Shown: positions 1 to 8,160 of the stretch, piece after piece
Layout: each line of letters begins with the position of its first letter
How positions within the stretch are numbered: position 1 is the stretch's first letter
From: Archaeoglobus fulgidus DSM 4304
Lineage (GTDB): Archaea; Halobacteriota; Archaeoglobi; Archaeoglobales; Archaeoglobaceae
NCBI RefSeq assembly: GCF_000008665.1
Contig: NC_000917.1
Location: 2,130,001-2,162,000 of the forward strand
Direction: 5' to 3'
DNA length: 32,000 nucleotides
The notes under the pieces: generated by a model
What the model was told of the DNA's origin: nothing
The model's input: the letters and a program-made list of their open reading frames with translations, nothing else
The model's database searches: none
Program-made: the position numbers and the translations under genes

Positions 1-186
1 TTCGTTGGAGGAGTGCTATTGATGGGCCTCGCCATTCCGATAATGCTCATATTCGGCTACGAGGTAAAAAGACCGGGAGTAACGGCGGTGACAGTGATAT
101 CGGCAATATTCGTCCTGGTTGGCGGAGCTTTGCTGAGGTACGTCGTTCTTGAGGCGGGAATACTGCAGATTCCCTGCTGCATCTAA
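1..186 (+). CDS. C-terminal fragment of an integral membrane protein (NrfD/PsrC-like membrane anchor suspected); 5' end lies outside the window
   Basis: Frame 1 is open from base 1 to TAA at 184-186 (FVGGVLLMGLAIPIMLIFGYEVKRPGVTAVTVISAIFVLVGGALLRYVVLEAGILQIPCCI). It contains two hydrophobic helices. The family call is by resemblance only. Confidence 0.4.
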   Translation, partial: FVGGVLLMGLAIPIMLIFGYEVKRPGVTAVTVISAIFVLVGGALLRYVVLEAGILQIPCCI

Positions 187-228
187 TTTCAAAAATTTTT
201 AATTTTTTATGGCAGTTTTTACGAGGAT

Positions 229-663
229 ATGACGAAAGGACATGCAATTGGACATGCCATATTCGCAACCCTCTACGTGATACAGGTAGCGGTTTCTGTT
301 GTCTTTTTCAACTCTGCGGGTTTATGGTGGTTGGTTTATGCGGGTTGCATCACCTTTGCGTTTGGTCTAATCCTCCTTCTCTGGGCGAGCAGGGCACGAA
401 GGAGGGGAGGGTTCGTTACTTCCGGTCCCTACGCTTTGGTCCGCCATCCTGAGTTTCTTGGGCACATTCTCGTGATCGTCTCACTTATACTTTTAGCCCA
501 GCATGCAATGAGCCTGATAACAGGTGCAGTTCTGATTACTCTGCTGTACTTCGCGATGATTGAAGAGGAAAGAAGGAACGTGGAAAAGTTTGGAGACGCC
601 TATTTGGAATACATGAAAAGAGTTCCGAGGGTGAATTTGTTGAAAGGGCTTAGAAAGTTTTGA
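229..663 (+). CDS. Isoprenylcysteine carboxyl methyltransferase (ICMT/PEMT) family membrane methyltransferase
   Basis: 144-aa ORF with multiple TM helices. It carries the family signature GPYALVRHPEFLGHIL and a C-terminal EEE..L...FG..Y..Y motif. Confidence 0.75.
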   Translation: MTKGHAIGHAIFATLYVIQVAVSVVFFNSAGLWWLVYAGCITFAFGLILLLWASRARRRGGFVTSGPYALVRHPEFLGHILVIVSLILLAQHAMSLITGAVLITLLYFAMIEEERRNVEKFGDAYLEYMKRVPRVNLLKGLRKF

Positions 664-696
664 GGAAGTTTTTATGTAACCGAAACGAATTGGCTT

Positions 697-1851
697 ATGG
701 ATGAAGCTCTAAGAGCGGGAAAAATCTCAGCTTTTGCCAATGTCGTTTTAACCGCCCTCAAGGTAGCGGCGGGAATTTTCGCGAATTCAACGGCTCTCAT
801 TGCTGATGGTGTCCACTCCTTGGTCGACGTTCTCGGCTCGGTCCTCGTCTGGCTGGGGATAAAGGTTGCTGAAAGGCCTGCTGATGCAAGCCACCCATAC
901 GGGCACTTCAAGGCTGAAAGCCTTGCTGAGATGGCGGTTGGGCTGATAATAATCCTTTCATCCCTCCTCATTATGCATGAAGCCATTTCGAGCGTCATCA
1001 ACGCTTCCGTGCCCACCTTCGAGCTTTACGCCGTAGCAGTAGCCATGCTTTCAGCCGTTGCAAATGAGCTCCTCGCGAGGTACAAGATAAGGGTCGGTTT
1101 GAAAACACGCTCGACATCTCTCATTGCGGAGGGAAAGCACTCCAGAGTTGACGTGCTCTCCTCATTAGCTGTTGTTGTCGGCTTCTTTTTCGTCTACTTC
1201 GGCTACTGGTGGGCCGATAGCGTCGTGGCGATAGCAATATCCGTTGTGATTTTGCAGATTGGCGGTTCGGTGCTGAAGAACTCCATAGACGTTCTCATGG
1301 ACAGGGTTGATGAGGAATTGGCGCTGAAAGTTAGGTCTGTAATTGAAAAGATTGATGGAGTGAAGTCCGTGGACTTCATAGGGACAAGGGGAACGATGAA
1401 GAGCAGGGTGGTTGAGGTTCACCTCACCGTCGATGCCGGAATGGATGCCGAGACCATCGCTGCACTGCAGAGGGAAATTTCAGAGGAAATAAAAGAGAGA
1501 ATTCCGGGTGTTGTTAACGTAGTTACTGTCGTAAACGTAACAAAGCCGAAGGTTCTCGCAATTCCGGTTGACTTGTATGGACACTACACGGGCGAACTCG
1601 ACTCCCCGAGGTTCGTCGTGGTGAACCTTGAGAGCGGGGAGAGAATGGTTGTGGAAAATGAGCACTACAGGGCTGAGAAGAGGAAGGGGTACCTGATTTC
1701 CGAGCTACTTGAGAAGCACGGGGTGAGCATGGTTGCCGTGAGAAAGGATGGAGAGGGGGCGAAAGCTCACCTCAAGAGCAGAGGCATACTGGTGAAAGTC
1801 ATTGACTCTGGGTTGAGGGATGTTGAGGATGTTTTGATGGCAGTTTCGTAA
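697..1851 (+). CDS. Cation diffusion facilitator (CDF) metal efflux transporter with an extra C-terminal NifX/NifB-like (Nitro_FeMo-Co type) domain
   Basis: 384-aa ORF. The N-terminal ~285 aa are a typical CDF: six TM helices, [13 protein letters not shown], a HPYGH motif, and a cytoplasmic alpha/beta domain ([21 protein letters not shown]). The last ~100 aa ([31 protein letters not shown]...[12 protein letters not shown]...GILVKVI) follow the NifX-like domain pattern. Confidence 0.85.
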   Translation: MDEALRAGKISAFANVVLTALKVAAGIFANSTALIADGVHSLVDVLGSVLVWLGIKVAERPADASHPYGHFKAESLAEMAVGLIIILSSLLIMHEAISSVINASVPTFELYAVAVAMLSAVANELLARYKIRVGLKTRSTSLIAEGKHSRVDVLSSLAVVVGFFFVYFGYWWADSVVAIAISVVILQIGGSVLKNSIDVLMDRVDEELALKVRSVIEKIDGVKSVDFIGTRGTMKSRVVEVHLTVDAGMDAETIAALQREISEEIKERIPGVVNVVTVVNVTKPKVLAIPVDLYGHYTGELDSPRFVVVNLESGERMVVENEHYRAEKRKGYLISELLEKHGVSMVAVRKDGEGAKAHLKSRGILVKVIDSGLRDVEDVLMAVS

Positions 1852-3637
1852 ACAACATTTCTCGTAGCAGTTTAGACTCCAATCTGAAAAGCCACGAAAG
1901 GTTTAACTGGAACAATGCTAAGAAAATGACCATGCCAGGACTTGAGTCCTTGCTGAGGGAGGAGCGAGTTTTCTACCCTCCCAAAGAGCTCGCCGAAAAC
2001 TCGAACATCAAGCAGTTTATGGACAAGCACGGCATAAAGGATGAGGATGAGCTGAGAAAAAGGGCTTTGGAGAACCCGGAGTGGTTCTGGAGTGAGATGG
2101 CGAAGGAAGTTGGAATCGAGTGGTTTTCCGAGCCCGAAAAAGTTCTTGAGTGGGACCCTCCCTACGCCAAGTGGTTTGTGGGGGCGATGTACAACATAGT
2201 CCACGATGCCCTTGACAAGCAGGCTGAGCTGAGGAAGAACAAGGTTGCTTACATATGGGAGGGAGAGAACGGGGATGTGAGGAAGATAACCTACGGCGAG
2301 CTTTACAGGGAGGTTAACAAGCTCGCAAACGCCCTCAAGGAGTTAGGAGTTAAGAAGGGCGACAGGGTTGCGATTTACCTCCCCATGATTCCTGAACTGC
2401 CAATAGCGATGCTTGCATGTGCGAAAATCGGGGCGATTCACACCGACGTTTTCTCCGGCTTCAGCCCTATGGCGCTGAGAGATAGAATCAACGATGCTGA
2501 AGCGAAGCTTCTGATTACAGCCGACGGTTTTTACCGCAGGGGAAGTGTTATTCACCTCAAGGAGGATGCGGACAAGGCTTTGGAGGATGCGCCCAGTGTG
2601 GAGAAGGTCATCGTTGCGAGGAGAATTGGCTTGGACGTGCCGATGAAGGAGGGCAGGGACTACTGGTGGGATGATGTAACAAGAAATCAGCCAAAGGAGT
2701 GCGAGACGGAGGTAATGGATGCGAACGACATTCTGTTCATCCTCTACACCTCTGGCACAACTGGCAAGCCCAAAGGTGTGATGCACGCCCACGGCGGCTA
2801 TGCTGTTGGAACGGCAGCAACCCTTAAGTTCGTTTTGGATTTGAAGGAAAACGACGTTTACTGGTGCACGGCGGATATAGGATGGATAACGGGGACAGCT
2901 ACATAGTCTACGCCCCCCTGATTCTCGGTGCGACATCGGTGATTTACTGCGGCGTCCCTGACTATCCGAAGCCGGACAGGTGGTGGGAAATCATCGAGAA
3001 GTACGGCGTCACGGTATTCTACACTGCACCAACAGCCATAAGGATGTTCATGCGCCTCGGCGAGGAGTGGGTGGAGAAGCACGATTTAAGCAGCCTGCGT
3101 ATCCTCGGAAGTGTGGGAGAGCCAATAAACCCTGAAGCTTGGTACTGGTACTACAAGCACATCGGCAAGGAGAGATGCCCGATAATGGACACGTGGTGGC
3201 AGACCGAGACGGGTCACTTCATTGTCACCCCACTCCCTGTTACTCCTCTGAAGCCCGGCTCAGCGACAAAGCCGTTTCCAGGAATAGAAGCGGACGTTTT
3301 CGATGATAGCGGAAACTCCCTCTACGGCAAGAACGTTGGAGGCTACCTTGTCATAAAGAAGCCGTGGCCGGGGATGCTGCGGGGTGTGTGGAGAAACCCG
3401 GAGAGGTACTTCAAGACTTACTGGGAGAAGTTCAAGGATGTTTACCTTACTGGCGATGCTGCAAGGGTTGATGAGGACGGCTACTTCTGGATTCAGGGAA
3501 GGCTGGATGATGTTTTGAATGTGGCAGGGCACAGAATAGGCAACAGCGAGGTTGAGTCTGCCTTAGTCAGTCATCCTGCCGTCAGCGAGGCTGCTGTTGT
3601 TGGAAAGCCGCATGAGGTTAAGGGAGAGGCTATAGTT

Positions 3638-4884
3638 TAGGGCCCTTACCAAATCACATCTCCGCCAACCTCTGCAACACCTTCTTCTCCCTAAATCCCA
3701 GAGCAACAACCACGCCAACCAAAAGGACATTCAGAGTTGCAAATTTAAACACAGATCTCCTCGTATAACGATGCAATCTCCTCAAACCAAATGATTTAGC
3801 GAGTTTAAACACATCCTCTATGACAGATCTAACCCCCTTAAAAGTCTCCCATCTTTGCAACAAATTCAACAGCTTAGCCTTTAAAGCCTTAAACCTCCTC
3901 TTCTCCTCATCCAAATTCTTTGAGCTGAAAATACTCAGAGGATAGCTGAGCATTCCACTCAATCTCTGAATATTGAAGTTGGAACGAGGGAAAATCAAGG
4001 GAACAACCCTGTACTCGTTTATCCCCGATAAATAATTCCTGTAGGCGTAAAATCCCTTATCCATAATCACAGTATCTCCCATCCTTGCAATTCTCCTTCT
4101 CCTGAGTTCATTCATAATTTGATCGAAGATCTTAGCCTCATGCCTGTTTGCAGGATGCAGCAAAAAGAGCAAAGGTTTGAGAGAGGGGGTATTCTAAAAC
4201 CAGAGTCAGCTTAAATCCGACAAACATTCCTTTCGCGGAGTATCCCCACCTGTAATCCTTTCCATGCAAATCTTTCTGCCTAACAGGTTTCCTGAACCAG
4301 TTTATGTCTACACTAATGTCGGTACAATCTACGATTAGCTTAGTGTTTCTCGCCCTCCTCTTGGTTATTGAGTTCAGAACTCTCAAAATCATCGCTATAA
4401 AATTGCTTAATCCGAATCTCGAAAGAAAGGAGTATATGTAGGAAGTTTCTGGTACCTCATCTTCCCTTATTCCAAGAAACTCCCTTAAATCCTGTCTTTG
4501 CCTTAATTCTTCAACAACGTGAGAGATTTTGGTAGAGAAGAACATTGAGGTGAGAACGATTTTCATACAACTGATTGCAGTTTTTATTGGCGAAGTGAAT
4601 TTTGCTATGATCTTCCTCGTCTTTCTCATTTCGAAAATCTTAAGTATTTTCCCAAGTAATTGCCATCTGTAGTCGTTTGGGTCGACTGCAAGCGGGATCT
4701 GCATTGTTTCACCCAGAGGAGGCTTACGCCTCCTCCTACATAACTTTTGCGGTTTTTGATTGGTTTATTTCGGCTGGAGAAGGATTACTGGATGTCTCTT
4801 TTGATGGGAGGGTTGGATTGTTTGTAGTTTGGTGATTAAGGGAGTTAGAGGGGAGATTAGGATTAAGCTTGAGTAAGCACCTTA
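3638..4884 (-). mobile_element. Insertion sequence (IS4/IS5-superfamily DDE type), 1247 bp, inserted in acs
   Basis: A 7-bp direct repeat TATAGTT flanks it at 3631-3637 and 4885-4891. The terminal inverted repeats are imperfect (left TAGGGCCCTTAC..., right end reverse complement TAAGGTGCTTAC..., 9/12 matching, then degenerate). A transposase gene fills the interior on the minus strand. Confidence 0.85.
3654..4704 (-). CDS. DDE transposase (IS4/IS5 superfamily), split into two overlapping frames
   Basis: ORFs 4138-4704 and 3654-4172 overlap. The upstream part carries DCTD. The downstream part carries MDKGFY and RSVIEDVFKLAK (a Y/R-E-K type C-terminal motif). Deleting one C from the C5 run (G5 at 4185-4189 on the + strand) gives a continuous ...LEYPSLKPLLFLLHPANRHE..., about 350 aa. 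Confidence 0.8.
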
Positions 4885-5156
4885 TATAGTTGCCTTCGTC
4901 ATCCTCAGGAAGGGATACCAGCCGTCGGACGAGCTGAAGGAGGAGCTGAGAGAGCATGTGGCGAAAATGCTCGGAAAAATTGCTCGTCCGGATGAGATAT
5001 ACTTCGTGCCGGATCTGCCAAAAACGAGGAGCGGTAAGATCATGAGGAGACTCGTTAAGGCCAAGCTCACGAAAGCAAAGATAGGCGACACTTCGACGCT
5101 TATGAATCCAGAGGCTCTGGTTTACGTTGAGCAGGCCATTGAGGGGAGCAAGTAAG

Positions 5157-5176
5157 TCTTTTAGTTCTTATTTTTT
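5157..5176 (+). terminator. Oligo-T tract after acs (archaeal-type terminator candidate)
   Basis: A TTTT run at 5159-5162 and a T6 run at 5171-5176 lie directly after the acs stop codon (5153-5155). Confidence 0.35.
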
Positions 5177-5188
5177 CGCTTAAAACTT

Positions 5189-5202
5189 TTAGGTTAACCG
5201 AA
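5189..5202. promoter_or_regulatory. DtxR/IdeR-like operator candidate upstream of the DUF5320-like genes
   Basis: TTAGGTTAACCGAA matches the feoA-proximal palindrome at 8384-8397 at 13 of 14 positions. It abuts a T/A-rich TATA-like stretch (5205-5213), about 45 nt upstream of ATG 5251. Confidence 0.45.
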
Positions 5203-5250
5203 AATTTTTTAAGTCAACTTTGTGGCTACTAATTTTTGGAGGTGAGAAAA

Positions 5251-5451
5251 ATGCCTGGCGGAGACAGAACCGGACCCTGGGGTCAGGGGCCGAGAACTGG
5301 CAGAAGAGCAGGATTCTGCTCCGGCTACAGAATGCCGGGATTCATGAACCGCTCCGTCTGGCCACCTTTCGGTGGAAGATGGTTCAGATGGTTCGGCAGG
5401 AGATTCTGGGGCAGGAGAGCCGGTAGAGCTGGTAGAGGGAGGTGGTGGTGA
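5251..5451 (+). CDS. DUF5320-like small protein, N-terminal part (Gly/Arg/Trp-rich)
   Basis: GGAGGTGA at 5238-5245 is followed by ATG 5251. The ORF reads [31 protein letters not shown]..., which fits the N-terminal motif remembered for DUF5320. It ends ...GRGRWW at TGA 5449-5451. Confidence 0.65.
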
Positions 5452-5711
5452 TGCCCTGGTGGATGCCCGGCTGGGGTGGCAGAGGCTGGAGGTGGTGGTA
5501 TAGAGCCACTGGACTACCGGGATGGATGAGATGCAGATGGTGGGGATACCGGGACCACCCTTGGGACTACCCACCATATCCACCCTATCCACCAGCTCTC
5601 CGTCCTGAGGATGAGCTTGAAATGCTCGAAGCTATGAAGGAGGACCTTGAGGCAGAGCTTGAGGACATCAAAAAGAGGATTGAAGAGTTGAAGAGGGAGC
5701 TTGGGAAGTAA
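5451..5711 (+). CDS. DUF5320-like small protein, C-terminal part (Trp-rich segment, PPY repeats, coiled coil)
   Basis: ATG 5451 overlaps the preceding stop (TGATG), and GGAGGTG lies at 5438-5444. The ORF reads [18 protein letters not shown]...PPYPPYPP followed by [34 protein letters not shown]. The ORF track starts this frame at GTG 5442. Confidence 0.6.
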
Positions 5712-5712
5712 T

Positions 5713-6015
5713 TTATTTTCTTGCTTTTTTAACCAAGTACGGAACTGTAACTAATCCGAAGATTCCGTAACTGAAGCTTCCTGAGGCCATATAAACAAGA
5801 ATCATCAGAACCGAGAAGGCTGCAGCAAGCAGAGAGGCAACGAAAAGATACGAGTCCCTTCTCACAACGACACCCTTTGCAAAGGTTGCAGTAATCGTTC
5901 CGAGCACAAAGGCGTTCATCAGCGTCCCTTCCCCTCCAAAGATATTCAGGGCTGAAAGAACCTCAAGGATTGTCAGGAGGGAGAAAAAGGCAGTAAAGGC
6001 AAAGGCTACAACCAA
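5713..6015 (-). CDS. Small polytopic membrane protein of unknown function, downstream of feoB
   Basis: ORF 5713-6090 overlaps feoB by 85 nt. A TTG at 6015-6013, just upstream of the feoB stop, gives a 100-aa protein with 3-4 hydrophobic helices and a KKARK tail. The start choice is uncertain. Confidence 0.45.
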   Translation of the reverse strand: MVVAFAFTAFFSLLTILEVLSALNIFGGEGTLMNAFVLGTITATFAKGVVVRRDSYLFVASLLAAAFSVLMILVYMASGSFSYGIFGLVTVPYLVKKARK

Positions 6016-7709
6016 AGTCCCACCCCCGTTGCGATTAAGGCAATGACGTAGGCAACCGAGAAGCTGAAGATGACCGCAAATGCAGCCCATTTTGCCCCGA
6101 TTTCAGCCCTTATTGCCGCTATTGTAGCAACGCACGGCATGTAGAGGAGGGTGAAGAGCATGTACGCAAACGCTTGGTGGGGTGTCATTATGCTCCGAAT
6201 GTCGATGTTCAGCACGCCAATTGTTGCCACAACAACCTCCTTTGCCACGAATCCAGATATAAGCGCCAGAACCAGCTCCCAGCTCCAGCCCATTGGAGAA
6301 AAGATGGGCTGAATCGCTTTGCCGAGCATCGCCGCATAGCTCTCCTCTATGCTCCCTCCCGGATAGGTGGTGATGTACCACACAACAACCGACATCGCCA
6401 GAATCACAGTCCCCGCCTTCTGAATGAAGTGCTTCGTCCTGCTCCACGTCATGATCCACAGCTCCTTAAGGTTAGGAAGCATGTAAGGGGGGAGCTCCAT
6501 TATGAACTCGCTCTCACCCTTCAGCAGAGTTTTTCTCAGAATTAAGGCCGATATCAGGGCTATCAGAACACCTATCAGGTACATCGACATTATCACAACA
6601 CTACCCATCTTCGGGAAGAATACCCCGGCGAAGAGCACGTAAATCGGAAGTCTTGCCGAGCAGGACATGAATGGATTTATTAGAGCTGTCGCAATTCTGA
6701 CCTTTCTGTCCTCTATGCTTCTCGTGGCAAGAATTGCCGGAACGTTGCAGCCGAAGCCCATTATCAGCGGTATTACAGCCCTACCATTCAGCCCGAATCT
6801 TGACATGAACCCGTCAACCAGAAAAACGGCTCTCGGCATGTATCCACTCAGCTCAAGCATGGACAGAAACAGAAAGAGAAAGGCGATGTTCGGAACGAAG
6901 GAAAGAACACTCCCAACTCCGGCAACAACGCCGTTACCGAGCATAGAGAAAAACCAGCCGTCGAAGCTGGCAATGTAAGACGCCATAGCATCGAATGTAA
7001 TGCTGAGAAGGTCGTTGAGCGGCTGAGCAACGGAGTAGGTGAAAACGAACATCATCCACATGAAGGAGAGGAATATGGGAATCCCGAGATGCTTATCCAT
7101 GAAGACTTCATCAAAGGCTTCCTCAATTTCCGATTTTTCTGGCTTTTCAGCTACCGTTACCTCCCTTGCAATTTTCTCCGTCGTCCTGATTATATCCTCA
7201 AGGTTTCCTCGAAAAGCCCTTGGAACTCTACCCCCTTTGAGGATTTCCCTTTTTAGCTCCTCTATTCCCACACCTCTTACAGCAGAGGTTTTTACCACCG
7301 GTACACCCAGAATTTCGCTTAGCCTTTCAGCATCAATTCTTATGCCTTCTTTCTCAGCCTCGTCAATCATGTTGAGAACGACAATCATTGGAATGCCGAA
7401 CTCCGTTAGCTGAAGAGTGAGGTAGAGGTTCCTCTCAAGGTTCAGGGCGTTTACAACATTGAGAATGAGGTCGGGCTTCTCGTTTTTCAGGTAATCCCTT
7501 GCAACCTTCTCGTCAAGGCTCTCCGTCTGAAAGCTGTAGATTCCGGGTAAATCCACGAAAGTTACCGTTTTCCCACCTATCACACCTTTCCCTTCCTTTT
7601 TTTCCACCGTCACTCCCGGAAAGTTCCCGACCGAGAAGTCCCCACCGGTCAGAGCATTCAGCAAGCTCGTTTTACCGACGTTGGGATTTCCCACCATTGC
7701 AATCTTCAA
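6006..7709 (-). CDS. feoB: Ferrous iron transporter FeoB
   Basis: 567 aa. It has an N-terminal G-domain (MVGNPNVGKTSLLNALTG, DLPG) followed by the FeoB polytopic membrane domain. Confidence 0.95.
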   Translation of the reverse strand: MKIAMVGNPNVGKTSLLNALTGGDFSVGNFPGVTVEKKEGKGVIGGKTVTFVDLPGIYSFQTESLDEKVARDYLKNEKPDLILNVVNALNLERNLYLTLQLTEFGIPMIVVLNMIDEAEKEGIRIDAERLSEILGVPVVKTSAVRGVGIEELKREILKGGRVPRAFRGNLEDIIRTTEKIAREVTVAEKPEKSEIEEAFDEVFMDKHLGIPIFLSFMWMMFVFTYSVAQPLNDLLSITFDAMASYIASFDGWFFSMLGNGVVAGVGSVLSFVPNIAFLFLFLSMLELSGYMPRAVFLVDGFMSRFGLNGRAVIPLIMGFGCNVPAILATRSIEDRKVRIATALINPFMSCSARLPIYVLFAGVFFPKMGSVVIMSMYLIGVLIALISALILRKTLLKGESEFIMELPPYMLPNLKELWIMTWSRTKHFIQKAGTVILAMSVVVWYITTYPGGSIEESYAAMLGKAIQPIFSPMGWSWELVLALISGFVAKEVVVATIGVLNIDIRSIMTPHQAFAYMLFTLLYMPCVATIAAIRAEIGAKWAAFAVIFSFSVAYVIALIATGVGLWL

Positions 7710-7713
7710 AAAA

Positions 7714-8160
7714 TCACCTCTGCTTGCACGGATGCCTTCCGGTCCTGCAGAACTCCCTAAAATGCTCCAACCATCTCGGATTTACAGCCGGGCTGGATTC
7801 AACAAATCTAACAAAGTTTCTGAGCTGCCTGAGAGTTTCGGGATGCAGGACGTGCTCAATGGTGCACGCATCCCTTTCGGCCACATCTTCTGGAACCCCT
7901 ATCGCCTTGAGGAACTTGATTACAACATTTCTTTTCTCCCTCAGCTTCATCGCTTCCCTGACACCTTTTTCCGTCAGCTTTACGTGAGACCTTTTTTTGT
8001 ATTCCACATATCCCATTCTGGAGAGCTTTTCGAGCATCTCGGAAACGGTTGCGGGCTTGACATTCAGCACTTCGGAGAGCTCCATCACCTTTGCATAACC
8101 CTTCTCTTTGCTCAGACTGTAGATAGCTTCGAGATAGTCCTCAGCCCTGCTCCCCAACAT
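7714..8160 (-). CDS. DtxR/MntR/IdeR-family metal-dependent transcriptional repressor
   Basis: 148 aa. The N-terminal wHTH reads EDYLEAIYSLSKEKGYAKVMELSEVLNVKPATVSEMLEKLSRMGYV. A dimerisation/metal-binding helix region follows (ACTIEHVLHPET). Confidence 0.9.
   Translation of the reverse strand: MLGSRAEDYLEAIYSLSKEKGYAKVMELSEVLNVKPATVSEMLEKLSRMGYVEYKKRSHVKLTEKGVREAMKLREKRNVVIKFLKAIGVPEDVAERDACTIEHVLHPETLRQLRNFVRFVESSPAVNPRWLEHFREFCRTGRHPCKQR

Larger units (their letters stand above)
1926..5155 (+). pseudogene. acs: AMP-forming acetyl-CoA synthetase, disrupted by a 1-nt frameshift and an IS insertion
   Basis: ORFs 1926-2906 and 2864-3640 plus the frame 4892-5155 together spell a full-length ACS ([33 protein letters not shown]). 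The frame breaks at 2894/2895, where one nt is missing from the His codon of the conserved WITGHSYIVY motif. The ORF is cut at 3637/3638 by the IS. Joining 3637 to 4892 restores ...GEAIV|[19 protein letters not shown]... The reconstructed length is about 658 aa. Confidence 0.9.

Noticed and set aside
4736-4957. A 73-aa minus-strand ORF crossing the IS/acs boundary
   Set aside because: It spans the IS terminus and the flanking acs fragment, so it is an accidental product of the insertion. It has no start context.
5209-5592. A 127-aa Pro/Ser-rich ORF antisense to the DUF5320-like genes
   Set aside because: Its P/S/T-rich sequence is simply the complement of the GGN/TGG/AGG-rich sense codons. 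The sense strand has SD sequences, the family N-terminal motif and a coiled coil.
6103-7413. Several 100-125-aa ORFs in alternative frames within feoB
   Set aside because: All lie inside the well-supported feoB gene, and their translations are compositionally odd (His/Cys/Arg- or Ser/Pro-rich). They are overlapping-frame artefacts.
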